Virus record (IMG/VR): IMGVR_UViG_3300011102_000247
Location: 1-24,659 of that record
Length of the DNA stretch: 24,659 nt
Source of the DNA: a virus
Lineage: Duplodnaviria > Caudoviricetes
Direction: 5' to 3' (one strand)
Below, one piece after another: positions 1 to 8,711 of the stretch (position 1 is the first letter of the stretch; every line of letters starts with the position of its first letter). The notes under the pieces are model-generated. The model had not been told where the DNA came from. It was given only the letters and a program-made list of their open reading frames with translations, and did no database searches. Both the position numbers and the translations under genes were made by a program.

Positions 1-1633
1 GGTCCATGACTGTGATTGTCGTATCGGTGGCGACCCAATCATCGCCGTCGATCACGCACACCTTGGCCGTTTGCTCACCGGCCAAATCCAAGTCGCCGCC
101 GTACAGCTCGAAGCGGATCAGGCCGTCGGCGCCGGGACCGGCGACCACTTCGAACATATTGGAGTCGGCCGCCAGTGCAGACACCCAGAGTTTCGCGCCG
201 GCCCCAGCCGAGCCGCGGATGTTCAGCGTGTCGAAGACGGTGACCTCCGTGCCGGCCTGGCTCATCGTGCCGCTGCCGCCCGTGGCGTCGTAAAGAAGTT
301 GGGCGTAGGCCTGATAGATGCCGTTGCCGTTTTCCTGAAAGTCCGCCGTCAGCCGCGCCCGAAAGATCGGCATCGGACGGAACGTCTTGGTGGCCGAGCG
401 CTGGCTTAGCTGCTCTTCGAACCCGAACGATGGCGGCAGTGACTCAATCCGCGTGTGGAACGTGTACGGCGACTCCTCACCCTCGCAGGGGCAGGCGGAG
501 TCCGCTTGCGGCTGGTGGCCTACGTGCAGCCAAAGGAAATCGTCGAAGCCGTTTACTTGCCAATGCACTACGCCGGGAGCAGTTGCGCTGTACTGCTTGC
601 GTTTCCAGCCGTAGAAGTCGGTCGCGATCCGGGCAGCCAGGGCGGAAAGTTGGCTCGCGTTGTCCGGATCGCTGGACCGACTCGAGAAATCCGCTTGGCA
701 AGTCGAGTGAATGACCGCAGCGCCAGGTGCGGCATCGGCCCAGCCGTAATCGCTGGCCTGCTTCGTCACCTGGTAGCAGTCGCCTCGCTGGTGGGGAATC
801 CCGCCTTGCCGCTTCGCAAAGGCAACCGTGAGCGTTCCGGGGGCCGTTGCCGCGGTGATCACATGAGCATTGCCGGCCACCAACTGCACGCTGGCGAGAT
901 TGGCCGCAACCGCCGTTTCCGCCGCACTAAACCCCTGTAGCGAGTAGGTGCCGTCCGGAGCGGCCGTAAACCGGTGTCCGGTACTCGCCGCCCAAGCATC
1001 CATCGCCACAGCCGCGTTTTCATACTGTCGGACCCATTCGGACCAATCGGGATTGAGATAATCGGCTGATACGCTCGCCGAGGCAGATATACCCAGGGCT
1101 GAATTGATATCCCCGAGCACGTCCGCCCATGTCGTCGTCGGGCCATAGGCGACAGCGCCGAGCTTCGACCACTGCCAAAAATACCGCTTGTCGACCAGCA
1201 CGAGCAGGCAGGGCGGGTTTGCCCCGGCCATAACGGGTGCGAGCGGTCGCGGCGGCAACAGGTACATCGTGGGCGAAATGGTGGTCGTGCCGTCGCTTAT
1301 CTCGAGCGTGGCCGATCCGTCGTCGCTGAGCTGCGCATTAATCAGCTGCACGGTAGCATGGTCGGCCAGGAACAAGCCGATCGCATGGCGACTCGCACCG
1401 GTGGGCCACCAAAGCGAATTCAGCTTCCACTCCGGCGGCTGCTGCGACCAATTCAACGTCGGCAGGCCGACCGCGTGCGGCCAGCTGCCTTGCGGCCTCG
1501 TGCGGCCGTCTTTCAGGTTCGGCGATACCAACGCGGGCACAATGTCGGCCAGCGAGCAGTAGCGGTCGAGCCATGCTTGAAGCTCGCCGCCCTCGTCGGG
1601 TAGCAGCAGGTTTTGGCCGGCGTACTTGATCAT
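1..1633 (-). CDS. Putative tail/baseplate structural protein, 3'-truncated (>=544 aa); missing from the ORF track
   Basis: Manual translation from ATG 1633 (ATGA overlap with the upstream stop) gives MIKYAGQNLLLPDEGGELQAWLDRY...KLNSLWWPTGASR...LLVLVDKRYFWQ, open to the window edge. Function is inferred from position only. Confidence 0.6.
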   Translation of the reverse strand, partial: MIKYAGQNLLLPDEGGELQAWLDRYCSLADIVPALVSPNLKDGRTRPQGSWPHAVGLPTLNWSQQPPEWKLNSLWWPTGASRHAIGLFLADHATVQLINAQLSDDGSATLEISDGTTTISPTMYLLPPRPLAPVMAGANPPCLLVLVDKRYFWQWSKLGAVAYGPTTTWADVLGDINSALGISASASVSADYLNPDWSEWVRQYENAAVAMDAWAASTGHRFTAAPDGTYSLQGFSAAETAVAANLASVQLVAGNAHVITAATAPGTLTVAFAKRQGGIPHQRGDCYQVTKQASDYGWADAAPGAAVIHSTCQADFSSRSSDPDNASQLSALAARIATDFYGWKRKQYSATAPGVVHWQVNGFDDFLWLHVGHQPQADSACPCEGEESPYTFHTRIESLPPSFGFEEQLSQRSATKTFRPMPIFRARLTADFQENGNGIYQAYAQLLYDATGGSGTMSQAGTEVTVFDTLNIRGSAGAGAKLWVSALAADSNMFEVVAGPGADGLIRFELYGGDLDLAGEQTAKVCVIDGDDWVATDTTITVMD

Positions 1634-2121
1634 TTAGCCAAGTCCCAATCGAAGCAGCAGGCGAAGTCAATTTCGATTGCGCCGAGCCCGTTATCGCTCT
1701 TGCTCAGCACAAAGCTCGTCGGCGTCAGGGGGTCGCGGGTGATTTCGTTCTGGTTCTTGACCGGCGACCAGCAGGACAATGCCTTGAGCACCCGCCGGGC
1801 GACGTCGAGCGCGTTCTGCCCGTGGGCAGTGAGAAACGCGGTATCCCGGGCGACATGGTCGAGGTGGCTGTCGGAATGGATCTTCACGACAATGCCGCCG
1901 TCGACCTTCATCTGTTCCTGCCCGCCGCCTTCGATGTATCGCTGGTCAAACGTGCCGCTGAGCGGGGCGACGACGAATGTGAAGTCGCCCGCACTCTGCG
2001 CAACGGCATCCGGAGACAGTGCCAGATAGCACGTCATGTCGTTACACTCTTCCACCTGATCAATCAGCCGGTCGACGATCGCCTTGAGGATGTCGACCGG
2101 GTTGCCTTTCGTGCGGGCCAT
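1630..2121 (-). CDS. Hypothetical virion protein, possibly tail completion/terminator-like (163 aa)
   Basis: Tightly packed ORF in the operon direction. Size and pattern (N-terminal helix ILKAIVDRL, C-terminal beta-strand IEIDFAC) fit tail-completion proteins; weak call. Confidence 0.4.
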   Translation of the reverse strand: MARTKGNPVDILKAIVDRLIDQVEECNDMTCYLALSPDAVAQSAGDFTFVVAPLSGTFDQRYIEGGGQEQMKVDGGIVVKIHSDSHLDHVARDTAFLTAHGQNALDVARRVLKALSCWSPVKNQNEITRDPLTPTSFVLSKSDNGLGAIEIDFACCFDWDLAK

Positions 2122-2125
2122 CGAC

Positions 2126-2695
2126 TTAGCTCTTCACTGCGGCGGTGATGGTCGGCAGGGCGTAAACAACCGTCATCCGGGTGCGTCCAGCCGATCCGCC
2201 GGTGCTCGCGGTCGTGATAATGCCGTTGATAGTCCTCTCGCTGGCCGAATAGCGGTTCGTCCAGTGCGTGTTCGAGCCGGCGTTATAAGCGCCCGCTTTA
2301 CCGCCCGATTGGGCGAAGCTGAGCGATTCACCATCGGCCAAGTCCGTGGCCTTCAGGTTGATGCCGGCGTAGAAGCCGTCGTCGTCGTCGGTGTCGCCGA
2401 CCTTCATGGTGACCGCGCCGGAGTTGTCCCAGACGGCGACCGCGTGCACGACGATGTCGAGGATTGTCGCGCCAGCGGGGACTGTGACTCCGCCGGTGTA
2501 CGTGGCAGCTCCGCCGGTTTCTTCGAACGTGACTTCCTTGGCGAAGATGCCACCCGAGGGCTTCCATCCGTCGGCGGTGTAAACCAGTTCCTGACCGAGC
2601 GTGGTATCGAAATACCGCTGGCCGATCGTGGCATTGCCGGGTCGTTTGGCCGTCGTTCCGGAGAGATCGCAGCCGTGTTCAACAAGCGTGGGCAT
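2126..2695 (-). CDS. Virion accessory/decoration-like protein (189 aa)
   Basis: N-terminal GTTAKRP...GQRYFDTTLG...GW fibre-type motif followed by a Gly/Thr-rich beta domain (VPAGATILDIVV...MKVGDTDDDDGF). AAAGG SD upstream. Confidence 0.5.
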   Translation of the reverse strand: MPTLVEHGCDLSGTTAKRPGNATIGQRYFDTTLGQELVYTADGWKPSGGIFAKEVTFEETGGAATYTGGVTVPAGATILDIVVHAVAVWDNSGAVTMKVGDTDDDDGFYAGINLKATDLADGESLSFAQSGGKAGAYNAGSNTHWTNRYSASERTINGIITTASTGGSAGRTRMTVVYALPTITAAVKS

Positions 2696-2733
2696 GGGTT
2701 CGAACCTTTCTAAAAAGTGAAAACTATTAACTG

Positions 2734-4371
2734 TTAAGCAATGAGCGCGTCGTCGATCGTTTCGGCGCCGCCGGTGTCGCTGGGCAGCAGCAAGCCCTTG
2801 GCTCGCATGTCGTAGAGCCGGTCAAACCACTCCTGAAACTCGCCGGCCCGATCATTCGCCACGGTCAGCGTGAACTCGTCGGCCGCCACTTGATCGCCGC
2901 CCTTGGTGAACGGGGACTTGCCGCTGAAGATCGCGACGCTCGGCCCGCCGGCGTAAAGCTCCTGCATCTGCACGAGTGCGGCGTGGTCGATAAAGATCGA
3001 GGTGCCCGCGGATACCGCTGTGCTGATTCGAATGCGGAGATAGACGATCGGCGGCAGCACGCGCGGCGTGCGAAAGACGCCATTCTTCGCCACAAAGCTG
3101 GTCGTCAGGGTGGTCGCGTCGATCGTGAAGCTGTTGGCCGTTCCCTGCTCGTCGTTGATTACAGTCCCGCCGATGCCGTCGACCAGATCGATCGTCAGCA
3201 CGCCAGCCGCGGGCACGACGTCGGCCAGCATCCAGCAGTTGAAGGCGTACTGGCTCAGGGGGGCGAGCGTGACCCGCTGATTGAGCGTGGTCAGCTGCGA
3301 GCCGTCCGAGTCGAATTCAACCGCCTTGCCGATATAGGCGTTCGCGGAGCCCGCCGAAGTCGTCCCCGGGGTGTAGGTGCCGCCCGTCGTGTTGTTTGTG
3401 ACTGTGATCTGACTTAGGTTCCCAGCAACTCCCGTAAACGTGATCTCGTGCGTGTACTCGGGGCTCGTGCCGGTGCTGGAGACTGTGACCGCCTCCAAGC
3501 CGGGGAGCAGCCGCAAAGCCGCCTGCAGGGCGCCGCCGGAAGCGTCGTAAGGCAGCGGAGCGGTCGTCAGCGTCTTGCCCTCCGGGTTCTGCCAGGAAAC
3601 GGTATAGGTGCCTGCCGTCGGGGGTCCGGTGACCGTCAGGCTCTGCACCTCGTAGTCGGTCATCTTGATCGTGGTGCCGATCGTCCCGACCGACAGCACC
3701 CAGTCGTCGGGTGTGTTCGGCCGGTCGTCCTCGTCGTCAAATCCTCCGTTGGTCAGCAGGTTCGTGCCGCCCGCATTGGTCGCGGTAATCGATCGATTGA
3801 TTCCAGATCCTCGCGGCCATTCATGGGATAGCCGATCGGTGACGGCCACTTCGCCGCGGGCTGCAAAGACGGCCGTTTTCGGGGTGTCGTCCGCCGTGCA
3901 CTCAAGCCGGATGGTTTCGGCCAGCATGTTCTCCTGAAACCGGCCATCGGCCCGCTTGGCAGAAGCGACCAGAACCCCGTCGCCGTGGCCCGCGATCGCC
4001 GAAGCCGAGACAGATACCGTGCTGGCGTCAACCGATTCACCTTCGGCCTCCATCTGGCGGACCAGTTCAGCGAGGGCGGATTCGAGGTCTTCGCGCGGCA
4101 GGTTGGCGTCCTCGGCGACAGTCTGGATCAGGACGGCTTGCATTGACTGGCGCATGCCGCTGGTGAGCGACGAGACGCCCTGCTGGAAGGAGCGATTGGC
4201 AGCCTCGGCAGGGGCAATCGCCCGCTGGAAGTCCAGGTCCGCCGACGCGAACTCGTCGAAGTAGTCCTGCACCTCGGGCGGGACGGTCGTGCCGCGTGCG
4301 GTATTGGCAACCTCGAGCACGTGGATGCCGGCGCCCAGCCGCGTAAACAGTTCGGTGAAGTTGATCGTCAT
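2734..4371 (-). CDS. Putative tail/receptor-binding structural protein with CBM-like and EVQ-type beta domains (~545 aa)
   Basis: NLLTNGGFD...PDDW carbohydrate-binding-module-like start and a YEVQSLTV...TTAPLPYDAS...LQAAL domain. ATG 4371 is preferred over TTG 4383, which adjoins the terminator U-tract. Confidence 0.6.
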   Translation of the reverse strand: MTINFTELFTRLGAGIHVLEVANTARGTTVPPEVQDYFDEFASADLDFQRAIAPAEAANRSFQQGVSSLTSGMRQSMQAVLIQTVAEDANLPREDLESALAELVRQMEAEGESVDASTVSVSASAIAGHGDGVLVASAKRADGRFQENMLAETIRLECTADDTPKTAVFAARGEVAVTDRLSHEWPRGSGINRSITATNAGGTNLLTNGGFDDEDDRPNTPDDWVLSVGTIGTTIKMTDYEVQSLTVTGPPTAGTYTVSWQNPEGKTLTTAPLPYDASGGALQAALRLLPGLEAVTVSSTGTSPEYTHEITFTGVAGNLSQITVTNNTTGGTYTPGTTSAGSANAYIGKAVEFDSDGSQLTTLNQRVTLAPLSQYAFNCWMLADVVPAAGVLTIDLVDGIGGTVINDEQGTANSFTIDATTLTTSFVAKNGVFRTPRVLPPIVYLRIRISTAVSAGTSIFIDHAALVQMQELYAGGPSVAIFSGKSPFTKGGDQVAADEFTLTVANDRAGEFQEWFDRLYDMRAKGLLLPSDTGGAETIDDALIA

Positions 4372-4384
4372 GGGCGGTTCCAAT

Positions 4385-4440
4385 AAAAAACCCGCACAAT
4401 GCCGCTTGGGGCATTCAGACGGGCTCGGGGTTTCCGATGC
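4385..4440 (-). promoter_or_regulatory. Leader element copy A: bulged-A hairpin plus intrinsic terminator
   Basis: GC-A-UCGG-AAACC-CCGA-GC, then GCCCGU..AAUGCC/GGCAUU..GCGGG-UUUUUU. Confidence 0.8.
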
Positions 4441-4505
4441 TAGTATTAGTCGCGGTGATTGTACCGCAATCTAGTATTTCAATCACACATACATAGCGTT
4501 ACGCG

Positions 4506-6233
4506 CTAGCCAAACCCCTTTGGGCCTGTCGTGGGCAGGTAGGCGGATGGCGGGAAAGCCGTATCCTGCTTGGACTTAGTGTCCCAAGGTAGGGGTGGAA
4601 TGGGGGTCGATTCCGAAGCCCGTAGTGGCCTGCTCATGGCGTAAGTGTATTGCACATCGGCCCCGTAGGTCGTGCGGCCGTCGCCCGTGAACTCGGGGGC
4701 GTGGTGCTTGGCCTTGAAGCAGAGGAGCTTGTAAGCGATTCCGCCGGCCTCGAAGTCGTCTGGGCGGACGATCTGCGGCTGGTCACCGATCCGCTCGAGG
4801 CTGGCTTCAATTACCAGCTTGGCTGTCTTCGGCGCCAGGGTGACGATCTTGGCTGTCTCGTTGGCGCTCTCGTCTGCGGTGGCGATCGGCAGCTGCACCC
4901 GGTTCCCGCCGACGATGATCTGCGAGGTAATCTCGGCGTGGGTGTAAACCGCTTCGCTGTGCTCGTTGGAGTAGCCTGGCGCGTCGTACTTGTCGGACAG
5001 CGGCCGATCGCTGATCGTGATTGCCGGGGCTTCGTTGCTCCGCTTCTCGCCGTCTTCGCCGGTTTCGACCGCCGCAATCTGGGGCATGCCGTGGTTGTCG
5101 ACGCAGGGGCTTTGCAGGTGGCAGGCGAAAAGTCCGGCGGTGGTGAAGTTCGAACCGTCGCCGTAGGGGGACAGCCAGACGCCCTGCTGTGGATCGTATT
5201 CGGGCAGTTCCAGCGGCTTGCCAAAGGTATCGACAAGGATGTTGCCGAGCGCGAAAGCGGCGTTCGGCTGACTGTCGAGGTTTGGGATCCGCATGACGGT
5301 TGCCCGGGCCTCCACCGCATTCACGTCCTCGCCGCCGTGCTCGATGATCGTCAGGTGTTTGTAAATACCCTTCTTCTCGCTGAACTTGGACAGCACCAGC
5401 TTGAAGACGAGCACCTGAACGGCACGCTCTACCATTTCCCGCTTATCGGCCCCCGCCCCGCCGTCGATCCGCACAACCATATCGCCGGTATTCAGGTTGC
5501 CGACCTGACCAAGCGCTTCGGTGTGGGTGTAACTCATCTTCAGACCGGGAGACGGCGCTGCCTCGCCGATCATCTGCACGTCGGTTACTTCGTAGCCCAA
5601 TTCGAGTGCGTTCGCTTCTCCCACAAAATGCAGCCGGGTTCGTCGCCAGCCTTTTTGCAGTACGGGAATGCAGAGGCCGCGGAAGTCCTGCGGGTTCTTG
5701 ACCGCGTTCGAAACCCGGAGTTTGCCGCGCCACGTGCGAGTGATTCGCCGCAGGTCGTCGGTATCGTCGACGCACGACCAGCGGTTGCTGATGACCGCCG
5801 AAGGCTGCTCGGTGCAGTCGATCTTGCAGATTTCGATCGCGAACTGAATCTTGATCGTTTCGGGCGACACCTGGATGGTCCTGAGGTGGATCACCTTGGG
5901 GCCGTTATTCGCGTCGGTGGCGGCGGACGAAGTCAGGATCGTGCGGCCTTCCATCTCGAGCAGGAAGTTTCCCCGGTCTTCGGCGAGGAACCGGCGGGCG
6001 CTCGCTAGGGCCTCGCCGGCGGTGCTCGGGCTGATGGGGCGGCCAGCGGATGCCAAGCCGAGTGAGTCGATCACGCCGCGCACGATTAGCGGGTTGACGA
6101 CGGTTTCGACCGAGACAAAGAACCGCTGATGAAGGATGTCGGTTCCGGAGTCGTCGCGGATTGGGGTTTGCTCGAAGTCGCGAATCCACACATTCCGCAG
6201 CATCACGCCGTTGTAATAGAGGTTGGTGGCCAT
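4506..6233 (-). CDS. Hypothetical tail protein downstream of the tape-measure candidate (~575 aa)
   Basis: Long ORF. ATG 6233 overlaps the upstream TAA (TAATG) with GGAGG upstream. Position is typical of distal-tail/hub genes; no family recognised. Confidence 0.55.
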   Translation of the reverse strand: MATNLYYNGVMLRNVWIRDFEQTPIRDDSGTDILHQRFFVSVETVVNPLIVRGVIDSLGLASAGRPISPSTAGEALASARRFLAEDRGNFLLEMEGRTILTSSAATDANNGPKVIHLRTIQVSPETIKIQFAIEICKIDCTEQPSAVISNRWSCVDDTDDLRRITRTWRGKLRVSNAVKNPQDFRGLCIPVLQKGWRRTRLHFVGEANALELGYEVTDVQMIGEAAPSPGLKMSYTHTEALGQVGNLNTGDMVVRIDGGAGADKREMVERAVQVLVFKLVLSKFSEKKGIYKHLTIIEHGGEDVNAVEARATVMRIPNLDSQPNAAFALGNILVDTFGKPLELPEYDPQQGVWLSPYGDGSNFTTAGLFACHLQSPCVDNHGMPQIAAVETGEDGEKRSNEAPAITISDRPLSDKYDAPGYSNEHSEAVYTHAEITSQIIVGGNRVQLPIATADESANETAKIVTLAPKTAKLVIEASLERIGDQPQIVRPDDFEAGGIAYKLLCFKAKHHAPEFTGDGRTTYGADVQYTYAMSRPLRASESTPIPPLPWDTKSKQDTAFPPSAYLPTTGPKGFG

Positions 6234-7054
6234 TACTTCTTCCACCTCCGGCCGCTGAGCATGCCGTCGGCCACGCGATTGGTCAGCTCGGTTAGGTGGT
6301 TGGTGGTCGCGCCAGTCTCTTTATTCAGTTTGTCGATGGCAATTTTGATCAGGGTCAGCCGAACATCGATCTTCGCAGCCGCTTCAAGTAGCGTGATTCC
6401 GAACGTCGTGGCGTTCTCCATGCCGGCCACGATCTTGTTGAGCAGGTTGATGCCCGCTGCGGCAAACGGCAGCAGTTTGTCCTCCAGGCGGCTGGTAGCC
6501 GCTGCCAGCTGGGCCGTGCTTCCACTGGTCATGCCCGCCAGGCGAACCGATCGCCCGAACCGCTGGGCGTCCAGCCGCGCGTACGAGACTGCGTATCCGC
6601 CGTTCATTTCGGCGAGGTTCCGCCGGCTCTCCAGCAGTGCCGATCCGAACTGGGCCAGCTTCTTGGGCAGCAGGGCCACGGCTACGGCCAGTGCGACGAA
6701 CAAGCCGGGGATCGGGGATACGCGCTTGGCCAGTTCGAGGAACTTACTGATCCCCACTTCAATCGCGGCTGAATCCCCGGTCCGCATGCCGTAGGCCATC
6801 GCGCCCTTGGCTTGGTTGAATGTCGTGGCCAGCGAACCATCGGTCCCACTCTGCCGGGCCTGCTGGCGGCTGTAGGCGGCTTCTTGGGCCATCCGCACGC
6901 CCTGCCGCATTGCCTCGCGGGCCTGCTGAGCCTGGGCGGCTGCGGCGGCTTGCTGGGCAGCCTGACCGGCGCCGGCCCGCGCAGCATTGCCCGCGGCGAC
7001 GCCACGCATGGCGGCGGTCGCTCGAGCAAGCAGGGCAACCAGCGGACCGGCCAT
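6233..7054 (-). CDS. Short tape-measure-like protein (273 aa)
   Basis: Ala-rich helical protein with a hydrophobic stretch (GLFVALAVAVALLP), directly after the frameshifted chaperone pair. Confidence 0.55.
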   Translation of the reverse strand: MAGPLVALLARATAAMRGVAAGNAARAGAGQAAQQAAAAAQAQQAREAMRQGVRMAQEAAYSRQQARQSGTDGSLATTFNQAKGAMAYGMRTGDSAAIEVGISKFLELAKRVSPIPGLFVALAVAVALLPKKLAQFGSALLESRRNLAEMNGGYAVSYARLDAQRFGRSVRLAGMTSGSTAQLAAATSRLEDKLLPFAAAGINLLNKIVAGMENATTFGITLLEAAAKIDVRLTLIKIAIDKLNKETGATTNHLTELTNRVADGMLSGRRWKK

Positions 7055-7060
7055 GTGGTG

Positions 7061-7327
7061 TTATTCCTTCGGGGTGGGGATGTTGGCTTCGATCTCTTCC
7101 AGGGCTTGCAGTTCGTTCGCCTGCTCGGCGCTATCGCTGACCGCCTCCCAGTAGCTGCGGGTCTTTCGCTTGGCCAACGCCTCGCTTATGCCGCGGACGA
7201 CTCGGGCGGCTTTTCGGATTTCGGTTCGCTCGAGGTTGAAGAACAGGCCGCAGCGGGTGGCATGGTCGATCCGTCCGAGGACGGCGGGTCCGTAGGCGGC
7301 GGCGAGGTCAGCGGAATCTCGGTACTT
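7061..7327 (-). CDS. -1 frameshift extension of the tail assembly chaperone (gpGT-like; fused product ~193 aa)
   Basis: The -1 frame after A_AAA_AAA reads KYRDSADLAAAYGPAVLGR...EANIPTPKE for 88 codons and stops at 7061-7063, 6 nt before the next ATG. Confidence 0.75.
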   Translation of the reverse strand, partial: KYRDSADLAAAYGPAVLGRIDHATRCGLFFNLERTEIRKAARVVRGISEALAKRKTRSYWEAVSDSAEQANELQALEEIEANIPTPKE

Positions 7328-7641
7328 TTTTTTAGCGATGCCACAAACCTATAGAACTGGTCGAGCAGGTCGACGCAGGGCCGCTCTGCCAGTCCGCCGT
7401 GCTCAAATGGCGGGATGTCGAAGATGCGCCGAACCGCAGCCGCTGCGATTCCCAGGGCGTCCAGCTCGCCGCGGTCGATCGCGGGCAGGTGCCGTTCCGG
7501 GTTGAATTCGGGGTCTTGGTCGATTGCCCGCCAAACGACGATCGGGTCGGCCGCCCTCCACTGCTTGCCCGTCCAATAGACGAACAGGCCGGTATCGGTG
7601 CGGCCGAAGAGCAGAAACCAAAGGTATTTGAGGAAACGCAT
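7186..7641 (-). CDS. Tail assembly chaperone (gpG-like, 151 aa)
   Basis: Lies between the tube and tape-measure genes and contains CTA AAA AAA AGT (L-K-K-S). The 0-frame tail after this site is low-complexity Ser/Pro. Confidence 0.7.
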   Translation of the reverse strand: MRFLKYLWFLLFGRTDTGLFVYWTGKQWRAADPIVVWRAIDQDPEFNPERHLPAIDRGELDALGIAAAAVRRIFDIPPFEHGGLAERPCVDLLDQFYRFVASLKKSTEIPLTSPPPTDPPSSDGSTMPPAAACSSTSSEPKSEKPPESSAA

Positions 7642-8126
7642 TAGGTCGTGGTGGTGTTGTAGAGCACGCCGCTGGCGTTCTTATAGGCCGTGCCGACAAG
7701 AACCGCCTTGCTGTGCTTCGTTCCCTTGTTGATCTCGCGGGCTTCGCGGAAGAGCACCCGCAGGTAGTTGCGGGGCCGGTTGGTCGAATTGAGCAGCAGA
7801 CGAAAGCTGTGTGTTTCCAGCAGCAGCGTCCCGGGCGTCAGGTTCACGCCGATAGTGGCGGCGGCTGTCAGTTTGCGGATCTTGTTCAACACCGCTTCGT
7901 CCCAGCTGGTGAGCGTCAGGCGGATGGTGTGCACCTCGCCGAAGTATTGCACTTCGATGGGCGGGCCCTGATCGCCGCCGTTCTGGTCGCCGTGAACGTC
8001 GCCGGTGAAAATCTGCTCGGTGATCTCCACGCCGTTTTCGCTATAGCCCAGCGATTCCAGCGGGCCACCGGGCTCGGCAATGCTGATCGCTACTGCACCG
8101 TCGACCAAAGAAGTTTCAACTGCCAT
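7641..8126 (-). CDS. Tail tube protein (161 aa)
   Basis: LGYSENGVEI...DVHGDQNGG..GPPIEVQYFGE beta-rich tube-type pattern. Precedes the chaperone; GGAG SD. Confidence 0.65.
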   Translation of the reverse strand: MAVETSLVDGAVAISIAEPGGPLESLGYSENGVEITEQIFTGDVHGDQNGGDQGPPIEVQYFGEVHTIRLTLTSWDEAVLNKIRKLTAAATIGVNLTPGTLLLETHSFRLLLNSTNRPRNYLRVLFREAREINKGTKHSKAVLVGTAYKNASGVLYNTTTT

Positions 8127-8139
8127 CGCTGCCTATCTC

Positions 8140-8643
8140 CTAGCACTCGCCGGGGAGTCGTCGGGCCGGGTAGTACCCGCGCCGCGCTTCGTCCACCGTG
8201 AGGTTGAGGTTTTGAATCGTGACCCGGCTCGGGCCTTCGATGCTCGGCAACCCGGCATCCTTCACGTCGTCGACGTCAAACACGATTTCGCCCTTGCGCA
8301 ATCGCGTGAGCGTCTGCCGGGCTCGTTCCATTGCCGCCGTCCGCCGGTCGTCGTCGACGTAGCTCCGGCGTTCGAACAGCAGCCCATAGGCGATCTCGCA
8401 CGTGATCCGCTTGAGCATTGCCAGCGAATTGCCCGTCAGGTCGGCGAGTTGGGCAGCGGTGTAGCGTCGCCCCTGAAGTAGGCTCGCTTCGATCTCGCCG
8501 CTCGCGTCTTCCAGGGCGGCCAGCAGAATGGCGTTGTCCGCGAAGTCGCTCGGCTGCACCCTCACGCCGGTATCCGACGCCAGTTCTCCCAGCGTGCGGA
8601 CGTCGTATCGCTTCTGCATGTCGCTCGGGCTTGCGTAGGCCAT
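8140..8643 (-). CDS. Head-tail adaptor, Mu gp36/DUF1320-like (167 aa)
   Basis: MAYASPSDM..RY...ALEDASGEIEASL..RRY...LKRITCEIAYGLL...L..LRKGE pattern, immediately after the capsid gene. Confidence 0.8.
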   Translation of the reverse strand: MAYASPSDMQKRYDVRTLGELASDTGVRVQPSDFADNAILLAALEDASGEIEASLLQGRRYTAAQLADLTGNSLAMLKRITCEIAYGLLFERRSYVDDDRRTAAMERARQTLTRLRKGEIVFDVDDVKDAGLPSIEGPSRVTIQNLNLTVDEARRGYYPARRLPGEC

Positions 8644-8711
8644 TGCTGCCGGTTCCTGATGCGGGGCCGCGCGGTACTCGCGGGCCCCTGGTGCAAATCA
8701 ACCGACGGCGA

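Noticed and set aside
1338-1670. 110-aa minus-strand ORF in the track
   Set aside because: It overlaps, out of frame, the long ORF starting at 1633, which is coupled to the upstream gene and looks protein-like.
8663-8688. GC-rich hairpin after the capsid gene as a sixth leader element or terminator
   Set aside because: It has no bulged-A UYGR/YCRA hairpin and no U-tract; at most an mRNA-stabilising stem.
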